Part shown: one piece after another, positions 38,010-44,911 of the stretch | Layout of the letters: each line of letters starts with the position of its first letter | Position numbering within the stretch: the first letter of the stretch is position 1 | IMG/VR virus record: IMGVR_UViG_3300044878_000023 | Coordinates: 1 to 45,011 of that record | Reading direction: 5' to 3' (one strand) | Length of the DNA stretch: 45,011 nucleotides | DNA from: a virus | Lineage: Duplodnaviria > Caudoviricetes | Made by a program: the position numbers and the translations under genes | The notes under the pieces: generated by a model | What the model was told of the DNA's origin: nothing | Databases searched by the model: none | The model's input: the letters and a program-made list of their open reading frames with translations, nothing else

Positions 38010-38136
38010 CAAGCGCTAGATTTACAGGGCCTCCTTTATTTTAGAAATCCAAAAAATGCCCGGGAGGAAATTTTCACAAAACAATCGCAAGATTTACGAG
38101 GGCTATAGTGAGAACCCCTACTAACAAAGGAACCCC

Positions 38137-38346
38137 ATGAAAAACTTTAAGCAAACGACAATCGTCATTCAGAACCTGATGGTCGACGACTACGTCAAAG
38201 TGGCTGGAGTGTTGTACCGTGTTCACCAGATCGAAATGATCGGTGACGCCTACATCATCCAGCTCCACAACGCACGTCGTCCGAAAATCCAAGCTTTGAT
38301 GACTCTCGAGTCGAACACCTTGATGAAGATCTGGAACCAAAAGTAA
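38137..38346 (+). CDS. cassette gene, hypothetical
   Basis: Motif 38086, AAAGGA RBS, terminator 38352-38384. Confidence 0.8.
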   Translation: MKNFKQTTIVIQNLMVDDYVKVAGVLYRVHQIEMIGDAYIIQLHNARRPKIQALMTLESNTLMKIWNQK

Positions 38347-38442
38347 CACTCAGCTAGGAGAGCCTACAAGCTCTTCTAGTTTTTCCTCGCAAGAATTACA
38401 GGCCTTATAGTGAGAAAGAACCCTCTATTATAAGGAACTAAA

Positions 38443-38538
38443 ATGACTCAGTACCAGCACGATAACCGTATGCTGCACCTCGAATGGGAAACCAAATTCG
38501 CTGCAGCAATCGTTACCGCCGGAATGACCAAGAAGTAA
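38443..38538 (+). CDS. cassette gene, 31-aa peptide (not in ORF track)
   Basis: MTQYQHDNRMLHLEWETKFAAAIVTAGMTKK; motif 38388, TAAGGA RBS, terminator 38557-38589. Confidence 0.75.
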   Translation: MTQYQHDNRMLHLEWETKFAAAIVTAGMTKK

Positions 38539-38643
38539 CTACTAGAACCAAACCTCAATTAGGAGAGCCTACAAGCCCTTCTAATTTTTCGCGAGTTTTA
38601 CACGGCGTATAGTGAGAAAGTAACCCCTATGAAAGGAATTACA

Positions 38644-38868
38644 ATGACCGCTATCACCCAGCTTACCGCTGAACTGAACGAACTCAACACTGCCCTCGGC
38701 GTGGTTGAAGCTCAGACAATTGACAAAGGTTTCATGCTCCGTAAGGACGAAGAAACCCTGTACATGCATCTGATCACCAACCTCGACTCGAAGCAGCTTG
38801 AGCTCGATCAGCTCCAGCAGAACAAGCGAACGATCAAGTCGTTTATCCCCCACTTCAATAAGAAGTAA
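38644..38868 (+). CDS. cassette gene, coiled-coil hypothetical
   Basis: Motif 38590, AAAGGA RBS, terminator 38874-38907. Confidence 0.8.
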   Translation: MTAITQLTAELNELNTALGVVEAQTIDKGFMLRKDEETLYMHLITNLDSKQLELDQLQQNKRTIKSFIPHFNKK

Positions 38869-38969
38869 CACTCAAAATAGGAGACCTAACAAGGCCTTCT
38901 ATTTTTTCGCAATGTCGCAGAAAATACACGCCTTATAATGAGAAGATAACCCCTATGAAAGGAAATATC

Positions 38970-39146
38970 ATGTCCAAGCACATCAAGAACACGCCCCTCG
39001 TACGCCTTGCTGCAACCGCAAAGATGATCAAAACCGACATCTCTAAGATCCCGACAGGAATCAAAGAGAAGAAGGCCACGTTCACCGAGCGAGTTCAGCA
39101 GGAAGTCGAACAGCGTCGCCACGCGCTTAACATGCTTACCGATTAA
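38970..39146 (+). CDS. cassette gene, basic hypothetical
   Basis: Motif 38916, RBS, terminator 39156-39190. Confidence 0.8.
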   Translation: MSKHIKNTPLVRLAATAKMIKTDISKIPTGIKEKKATFTERVQQEVEQRRHALNMLTD

Positions 39147-39243
39147 GGTATCATCAAAATAGGAGACCCTAACACGGTCTTCTATTTTTTCGTAGGCTTT
39201 ACATGCCTTATAGTGAGAACTAACCCCTATTTAAGGAATAGAA

Positions 39244-39459
39244 ATGTCTGATACACAACGAGTATTGGTAAAAGGAAACGAATTCAAGACCCATGATATG
39301 GTGACCATTGGAGGCGCGCAACATTTTGTAACATCAACCGAACCTATCGGCAGAGATTACACTAAGTTGTACGTCACACACATGGACATCGATAGCAAGG
39401 TCATGACCGACTCCAACCTAACCGTAAGTAACAACTTGCATTTTTCTGTAATACGCTAG
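39244..39459 (+). CDS. cassette gene, hypothetical (beta-rich, weakly like 38137 ORF)
   Basis: Motif 39191, TAAGGA RBS, terminator 39463-39497. Confidence 0.8.
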   Translation: MSDTQRVLVKGNEFKTHDMVTIGGAQHFVTSTEPIGRDYTKLYVTHMDIDSKVMTDSNLTVSNNLHFSVIR

Positions 39460-39546
39460 TTTAATGAGAGTCCCTAACACGGACTCTTATTTTTTTTCGC
39501 AACGATTACACGTCCTATAGTGAGAACCCCTATGAAAGGAAAAGTA

Positions 39547-39738
39547 ATGACTACTCTAGTCGATACCCTCGAAAACGCCACCGACGAAGAAATCTCGGAA
39601 GCAAGCAATAAGCTAGCTAAGCGCGTCACTAAGAAATTCATTATTAGTGTCGTAATTAGCGTCGCTGCACACTTCGCTTCTGCCGCCCTCGTCCGCGTGA
39701 TCGAGAATCACAAGAATACCCGAGAACTGACCGAATAG
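39547..39738 (+). CDS. cassette gene, single-TM protein
   Basis: Motif 39498, RBS, terminator 39745-39778. Confidence 0.8.
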   Translation: MTTLVDTLENATDEEISEASNKLAKRVTKKFIISVVISVAAHFASAALVRVIENHKNTRELTE

Positions 39739-39827
39739 AACCTCAAGCTAGAAGAGCCTACAAGCCCTTCTAGTTTTTCGTAGATTCTACAAGGGCTATA
39801 ATGAGAACCCCTATGAAAGGAATTATA

Positions 39828-40076
39828 ATGAAGAAGTCTACTGTGATAACAGTCGCTACTACCCTCGCCGTGCTTTACGTAATCGGCAAAGACGCCAACA
39901 AACAGAAAGAAATCGATGATTTGAAAGCTCGACTAAATGCAGTCGGGCGATTCAACGACCTCTATTACAAAACTCTGGATACAACCGTCAGAAAGCTAGA
40001 TCGCGAAGATCGACGAGAAACAGTGCGAAAATTTAATGAAGAAGTTGATTTTATTCGTGTAACTAACCGATTCTAA
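39828..40076 (+). CDS. cassette gene, N-terminal TM plus coiled coil
   Basis: Motif 39779, RBS, terminator 40082-40114. Confidence 0.8.
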   Translation: MKKSTVITVATTLAVLYVIGKDANKQKEIDDLKARLNAVGRFNDLYYKTLDTTVRKLDREDRRETVRKFNEEVDFIRVTNRF

Positions 40077-40168
40077 CCCTCAGCTAGAAGAGCCTACAAG
40101 CCCTTCTAGTTTTTCGCAAGAATTACACGCCCTATAGTGAGAAAGTAACCCCTATGAAAGGAAAACCA

Positions 40169-40294
40169 ATGCGTAAGTATGGATTCGGAAACTTTATCCT
40201 CGATCTGATCGGAGTACTCCTAACTGGAGGCCTCTGGTTCATCTGGATATTTATCCGTGAAATGCGCCACATTGCCAATTCCCGACGGTATTAA
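40169..40294 (+). CDS. cassette gene, 41-aa membrane peptide (not in ORF track)
   Basis: MRKYGFGNFILDLIGVLLTGGLWFIWIFIREMRHIANSRRY; motif 40115, terminator 40301-40333. Confidence 0.8.
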   Translation: MRKYGFGNFILDLIGVLLTGGLWFIWIFIREMRHIANSRRY

Positions 40295-40386
40295 CCCTCG
40301 GACTAGAAGAGCCTACAAGCCCTTCTAGTTTTTCGTCAGTTTTACATGCCTTATAGTGAGAACCCCCTACTAACAAAGGAAACACT

Positions 40387-40644
40387 ATGAAGACTATATC
40401 TTACACCAAAGAACTTACCGTCTCGGAAACCCCCACCAAAGAGTCCCTCAAAGAAGCTTTTTTGGCCTACAAGCCCATATCTGTGAAAGATTTTATCGTC
40501 ACATGTATGGCGCATGTATCGGCCCTGAAAGCTCTCGAACGAGGATGGCTCGATGAGCCCGGAACCTACGAGATTACTGACATTTGGTTCAGTAAGCGAG
40601 CCCCATGGCACAAAATGATTTGTAATGTACGAAAGATCTCATAA
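40387..40644 (+). CDS. cassette gene, hypothetical
   Basis: Motif 40334, RBS, terminator 40649-40679. Confidence 0.8.
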   Translation: MKTISYTKELTVSETPTKESLKEAFLAYKPISVKDFIVTCMAHVSALKALERGWLDEPGTYEITDIWFSKRAPWHKMICNVRKIS

Positions 40645-40733
40645 CCCGATAAGGGGCCCTAACACGGCCTCTTATTTTTCGCGAAATTTACACGTCTTAT
40701 AGTGAGAAGTTAACCCCTATGAAAGGCAGTAAA

Positions 40734-40916
40734 ATGTCCCGCAATCTGAAGGTTTACACCGAAATGTCCCGCACGCAATTTGCCAAGGAGATTGGACGGA
40801 CTCTTGTAGTTGGAACTGCACAGAGCACCGCAATCTACCTCGGCATGATCGCAACCGGATACATCGTTGTAGCCGTCAATAAAGCGCTGAAGAACGCCCG
40901 CAAAAAGGAAAACTAA
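40734..40916 (+). CDS. cassette gene, single-TM protein
   Basis: Motif 40680, RBS, terminator 40921-40952. Confidence 0.8.
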   Translation: MSRNLKVYTEMSRTQFAKEIGRTLVVGTAQSTAIYLGMIATGYIVVAVNKALKNARKKEN

Positions 40917-41002
40917 CCCTAATGAGGGACCCTAACACGGTCTCTCATTTTTCGCTAGCTTTACATGCCTTATAATGAAGAACCCCTATGAAAGGAAAAG
41001 TA

Positions 41003-41218
41003 ATGTCAACTGCTAAGCAGAAATTCGAAGACGTTAAAGCTAAGACTATCCAATTCGTGAAGGATCGTCCTCTGGAATCAGCAATGATCGCCTCGGTAGC
41101 ACTGACCACAGTCGCCAAGGTACTCAATGCCATTTCCGCAGAACGAAACTCGAAGGCTTGGAGACGCGAAGTCCAGCGTCGAGAACGTAAAACTTACCAA
41201 GACTACACCCGAAGGTAA
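41003..41218 (+). CDS. cassette gene, hypothetical
   Basis: Motif 40953, RBS, terminator 41223-41258. Confidence 0.8.
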   Translation: MSTAKQKFEDVKAKTIQFVKDRPLESAMIASVALTTVAKVLNAISAERNSKAWRREVQRRERKTYQDYTRR

Positions 41219-41314
41219 CTTCAAAAGCTAGAAGAGCCTACAAGCCCTTCTAGTTTTTCGTCGCGATATTTACAAGCGTTATAGTGAGAACCACCCTCTA
41301 TGAAAGGAATCAAA

Positions 41315-41506
41315 ATGAAGAACATCACATTTTCCGACAAGAGCGTACACATTACCGGAAGGGATGCGAACATACTTGCAGGTTTTGCCATCGTTGGCAT
41401 TGCTGTATCGTCTGTCACATTCTTCCGGCTTTGCTACGCCATTGGCGAGAAAGTTGGTGGAGTCGTTTACGACCTCCGTCACAAGAAGAGTTCACAACTC
41501 CACTAA
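41315..41506 (+). CDS. cassette gene, single-TM protein
   Basis: Motif 41262, RBS, terminator 41505-41538. Confidence 0.8.
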   Translation: MKNITFSDKSVHITGRDANILAGFAIVGIAVSSVTFFRLCYAIGEKVGGVVYDLRHKKSSQLH

Positions 41507-41588
41507 ATGGGAGGGCCTAGCAAGCCCTTCTATTTTTTCGTAGGATCTACATGCCCTATAGTGAGAAGACACCCACTAAGGAGCAACT

Positions 41589-41801
41589 ATGAAAAATACA
41601 AAACCGCCACTTAATGTCATCGTAAAGAACCATCGCTACAATTGTAACGGCGTCCCCACATTCCGAAATGCCATACTAATGGCTATTTTAGGATGGACTG
41701 GAGGCGTGTCGAGCAAAGTGCCCGATGGTTGGTACGAATATAACGTTGAGTGGCGAATGATCTATTTCCAAGCATCTCTAATACCTGTAGCATCTGATTA
41801 A
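41589..41801 (+). CDS. cassette gene, hypothetical
   Basis: Motif 41539, AAGGAG RBS, terminator 41804-41835. Confidence 0.8.
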   Translation: MKNTKPPLNVIVKNHRYNCNGVPTFRNAILMAILGWTGGVSSKVPDGWYEYNVEWRMIYFQASLIPVASD

Positions 41802-41886
41802 CTAATAAGGGTCCCTAACACGGACTCTTATTTTTCGCAAAAATTACACGCCCTATAGTGAGAACCCCTACTAACAAAGGAACATC

Positions 41887-42123
41887 ATGTTTAAGAACCA
41901 CAAGCTTGAACTCCGCCTTACCAAAGACCGCAAAAGCGAAGACTTGGTCGATGCAACACCCTCGATTACCAAAGAGGACGTAATTCATATTTCGAAGAAC
42001 GTCGTCAAGTACGTAGTCGGTGGAGTGCTCATCGTCCTCGCTGCTGGCGCTGCCCTTGATACTGCGAAGTATGCAGCTATGACTGGAATCGAAAACCGAT
42101 CACCCAAAGAGTTGGAAGACTAA
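41887..42123 (+). CDS. cassette gene, single-TM protein
   Basis: Motif 41836, RBS, terminator 42128-42159. Confidence 0.8.
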   Translation: MFKNHKLELRLTKDRKSEDLVDATPSITKEDVIHISKNVVKYVVGGVLIVLAAGAALDTAKYAAMTGIENRSPKELED

Positions 42124-42208
42124 CCCTAATAAGGGGCCCTAACACGGCCTCTTATTTTTCGTCAGTATTACATGGCTTATAGTGAGAACCCCTATGAAAG
42201 GAACTACT

Positions 42209-42424
42209 ATGGAAACGAAAATCGATGCTGAAGAAATGCTAGCAGAGCTTTTGTTTGAGTGGAATGCTACGGTTCAGCCTAGAAGTATGGTGCTCGGTCT
42301 TACCGAACTCATCAAACAAGCTGAAGTAGAACCGCTAAGCCTTACACGAACAACAAAGTTGCTGAAGCTAAATCTTAAACTCACCGAGATTAAGAACCTA
42401 TACCCCAATCTTTACGTGTTCTAA
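42209..42424 (+). CDS. cassette gene, hypothetical
   Basis: Motif 42160, RBS, terminator 42423-42457. Confidence 0.8.
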   Translation: METKIDAEEMLAELLFEWNATVQPRSMVLGLTELIKQAEVEPLSLTRTTKLLKLNLKLTEIKNLYPNLYVF

Positions 42425-42484
42425 AAATAAGGGGCCCTAACACGGCCTCTTATTTTTCGTCGCAGAAATTACACATCCTATAAT

Positions 42485-42664
42485 GAGAAGAACCCCAACA
42501 ACATACTAGAATATGTTGGGCCATCACTAATGACGAAAAGTCCCTCGTCAACGTTTAGTAATGATGGTTGAGCCATTAAGGCTCTTCTCCAAGCCCAATT
42601 CAGTTTGACCCAACCTCCATGGTTGAGGTGATCCTACTGCATTGGGTCCTATTTTTTTTTTTTT
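42485..42664 (+). ncRNA. putative small RNA A (about 180 nt, multi-branch)
   Basis: Motif 42461, no RBS or ORF; GAGAAGA/TCTTCTC closing stem around several hairpins; ends in T13. Confidence 0.7.
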
Positions 42665-42726
42665 GCCCATGAAACTGATTGCCCAAAAGTCTGACCAGCC
42701 CTCGCAGAAATTACATGGCCTATAAT

Positions 42727-42788
42727 GAGAGAGTACACATAGCAATATGTCGAAGAGAGTGTAGCAATACATTCACTCTTATTTTTTT
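42727..42788 (+). ncRNA. putative small RNA B (about 60 nt, two GCAA tetraloops)
   Basis: Motif 42703; ACATA-GCAA-TATGT and AGTGTA-GCAA-TACATT; closing stem; T7. Confidence 0.7.
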
Positions 42789-42816
42789 GAGTCGCAGGTT
42801 TTACACGGCTTATAAT

Positions 42817-42895
42817 GAGAAGAAGACCACCTCACCACGAGCTACTAGCGAGTGCGATGGTCGCGTAGAGCAATCTACATCTTCTCACTTTTTTT
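42817..42895 (+). ncRNA. putative small RNA C or attenuating leader (about 75 nt three-way junction)
   Basis: Motif 42793; GAGAAGA/TCTTCTC, GACCA/TGGTC, GTAGA-GCAA-TCTAC; T7. Confidence 0.65.
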
Positions 42896-42920
42896 GTCTC
42901 TCTTGAAAGGTAACCCCCTG

Positions 42921-43694
42921 ATGATTCGACTTGCTCGCTATGCTGGGGCAGCACGAAAGCTTGTCGCTGATAACTCTCCGGCAATCTTGACAGCCGCAGC
43001 AGTAGCGGGTGTAGTAACAACTGTATATCTTGCAGTTCGAGTTACCCCGCAAGCACACACCGACATTCTGAACGAACAATCTGAGCGTAGCGATGAGGTC
43101 ACTCTTGTCGAGAAAGTCCAGCTCACCTACAAGTACTACATCCCGGCAGCCGCTACTGGCGCTGCTACGATCGCGTGCATCATTGGCGCAAATACGGTCA
43201 ATACCAAACGCAGTACTGCTCTGGCAAGTGCTGTGGGTCTTTCGGAAGCAGCTTTCAAGAACTACCGTGAAAAAGTGGTAGAACACATCGGTGTTTCTAA
43301 AGAGACTGCTGTCCACGATGATGTCATGAAAGACGTTGTGGAGAACAACCCGCCAAACGAAGGTTCGATCATCGTCACTGGTAAGGGTAGGCAACTCTTC
43401 CGTGACGACTACACGGGCGCATATTTTGAGAGCAGCATGGAAGCTGTTAAACGTGCCATTAACGACACGAATTATCAGATTCTGAACGAAGACTACGCAT
43501 CGCTTAACGATCTGCTTCGACGCCTTGGCGCACGACCAAGCACCGTAGGAAGTGAAGTTGGTTGGAACACTGAGAAGCGTCTCGAAGAGCGATATTCAGC
43601 ACAGATCATCACGGACGACAACGAAGACACTCGTGCGTGCATCGTGATCACCTACAGCAAGAACCCCATTCGCGACTACGACAGGTTTGGATAA
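42921..43694 (+). CDS. hypothetical protein (DUF6353-like, membrane-associated N-terminus)
   Basis: NSPAILT...GVVTT..LA...TP, YRE.V.E..G, SLND....LG......G..VGW; GAAAGG RBS. Confidence 0.75.
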   Translation: MIRLARYAGAARKLVADNSPAILTAAAVAGVVTTVYLAVRVTPQAHTDILNEQSERSDEVTLVEKVQLTYKYYIPAAATGAATIACIIGANTVNTKRSTALASAVGLSEAAFKNYREKVVEHIGVSKETAVHDDVMKDVVENNPPNEGSIIVTGKGRQLFRDDYTGAYFESSMEAVKRAINDTNYQILNEDYASLNDLLRRLGARPSTVGSEVGWNTEKRLEERYSAQIITDDNEDTRACIVITYSKNPIRDYDRFG

Positions 43695-43700
43695 GTAAAA

Positions 43701-44099
43701 ATGCTATCACCGGATTTTGCAGCAAATGTTGACGATCAGATCGAAGAGTCCCGTAAGGTTCTCTACGCGAAATCGAAGGCCTACAACACTGACGATCGCC
43801 TTTCGGCATTCAAGGTTGCTGGGGCATTGCAGGGCATCACCCCTCAGGCTGCTCTGGCGGGAATGATGTCGAAGCACACGGGCTCTATCTATCAGATGTG
43901 CCACAGCGAGAATACCTACACGATGGACGAGTGGACTGAGAAGATCACCGATCACATCAACTACCTTCTGAACTTGAAAGCTATCGTTGTAGAGCAGGAC
44001 AAACAAAGTCCTACTGAGTCCTACGTGTTCAGTATGCCAAAGACTGGTCCGACCTCACCCTCGCCCTTCCCGAACTCAATTCCCTGCAACTCGCAGTAA
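43701..44099 (+). CDS. all-alpha NTP-pyrophosphatase-like / nucleotide-modification-associated protein
   Basis: K.K.Y...DRL..FK...KH...W.EKI.D.INYL pattern. Confidence 0.55.
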   Translation: MLSPDFAANVDDQIEESRKVLYAKSKAYNTDDRLSAFKVAGALQGITPQAALAGMMSKHTGSIYQMCHSENTYTMDEWTEKITDHINYLLNLKAIVVEQDKQSPTESYVFSMPKTGPTSPSPFPNSIPCNSQ

Positions 44100-44117
44100 T
44101 AACACGTCCTATAATGA
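44092..44117 (+). promoter_or_regulatory. promoter-motif copy
   Basis: CGC-agtaat-AACA-cgtcc-TATAAT-GA. Confidence 0.75.
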
Positions 44118-44145
44118 CACCCTATATTATCTTGAAAGGATAATC

Positions 44146-44337
44146 ATGATCAAGAAAATCACCACCATGGTATCGACGAACCGACAGGTCATCGCTCGAA
44201 AGGCCCTGATCATCGGAGGAGTCGCCCTCGGCATTGTCGCAGGCGCCCTTCTGATCAAGCCCGAAGAAGAGACCATCGTCGTCATCGGCGAGACCGTGGA
44301 CGAAGAAACGACCACCGAAGAATCCCCGGAAAACTAG
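44146..44337 (+). CDS. cassette gene, single-TM protein with acidic tail
   Basis: Motif 44092, AAAGGA RBS, terminator downstream. Confidence 0.8.
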   Translation: MIKKITTMVSTNRQVIARKALIIGGVALGIVAGALLIKPEEETIVVIGETVDEETTTEESPEN

Positions 44338-44344
44338 GCGTCAT

Positions 44345-44390
44345 GCAGGAGTACCCGTAAGCAATTACAGGTACTCCTGCTTTCATTTTT
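44345..44390 (+). terminator. intrinsic terminator with GCAA loop
   Basis: GCAGGAGTACCCGTAA-GCAA-TTACAGGTACTCCTGC-TTTCATTTTT. Confidence 0.8.
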
Positions 44391-44412
44391 GCACACACTC
44401 ACTCAGGAGAAA

Positions 44413-44877
44413 ATGATGACCGAATCAGTAGCTGCAAACGAAGAGTCCGAACTCGACCTTCAGATGCGAGCACGCAAGCTTGTACGTAACTACTACAACA
44501 AGCAGGTGGCTCCCGTCGAGGACTACCCTCTAGTAACTACCCAGCAGGTGTACGTTGTCTGGTTCGCTAAGGTTCTCGGTAACTGGAAAGCCATGCTTGG
44601 AACCGTGAACAGCGACGGACGATACTTCGAGGTAACTCACAACGGTGAGACAAGCGAAACGTATGTCGATGACTACGAGAAGCAGGGACAGATGGTAGTT
44701 TCTACTCCGTCCATTACTCGGGAGCGTAGGGAGCGGATTGACTACGCGACTCGTGAGGCGATGACGAAGTTCAAGGCTATTCGGAATCTTCACGAGGAAG
44801 GCAAAACCAATGCCGAGATTGCTAAAACTCTCGGTATCTCGGAGTCGTCCGTACGAGTTGTCTTCGAAGACTCATGA
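44413..44877 (+). CDS. DUF6275-like protein fused to C-terminal HTH
   Basis: VYVVWF.K.L.NWKA.L.T...DG.Y.E.T.NG...E.YVD.Y.K; GKTNAEIAKTLGISESSVR; AGGAG RBS. Confidence 0.7.
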   Translation: MMTESVAANEESELDLQMRARKLVRNYYNKQVAPVEDYPLVTTQQVYVVWFAKVLGNWKAMLGTVNSDGRYFEVTHNGETSETYVDDYEKQGQMVVSTPSITRERRERIDYATREAMTKFKAIRNLHEEGKTNAEIAKTLGISESSVRVVFEDS

Positions 44878-44911
44878 GCGAGAACGAAGACTCATGAGCG
44901 AGAACGAAGAC
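44865..44911 (+). repeat. 20-bp tandem duplication
   Basis: CGAAGACTCATGAGCGAGAA twice, then CGAAGAC. Confidence 0.9.

Larger units (their letters stand above)
37594..42820 (+). repeat. array of 19 promoter-motif copies, each heading a cassette
   Basis: CGY-N6-(T)ACA-N5-TATART-GA at 37594, 38086, 38388, 38590, 38916, 39191, 39498, 39779, 40115, 40334, 40680, 40953, 41262, 41539, 41836, 42160, 42461, 42703, 42793. Confidence 0.92.

Noticed and set aside
37628-42208. ORF-track starts reading MKG... or MRTPMKG...
   Set aside because: These ATG/GTG/TTG codons are part of the repeated promoter and leader (ATGAAAGGA contains the RBS). True starts are the ATGs a few nt after AAAGGA.
42485-42591. 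tRNA call for the cloverleaf-like RNA ending ...CTCCA
   Set aside because: No TTCRA T-loop or D-loop GG, wrong arm lengths, and the CCA overlaps the closing stem. Kept as an unknown ncRNA.
37594-42820. CRISPR array interpretation of the regular repeats
   Set aside because: Units are about 90-490 bp and carry RBS-led ORFs and terminators; repeats are degenerate; no cas operon. The 8358 PD-(D/E)XK nuclease is an ordinary phage exonuclease.
42548-42920. ORFs 42548..42772 (-), 42679..42906 (+) and the 42852 start extension
   Set aside because: They cross promoter motifs and poly-T terminators and have no RBS; better explained as ncRNA cassettes.
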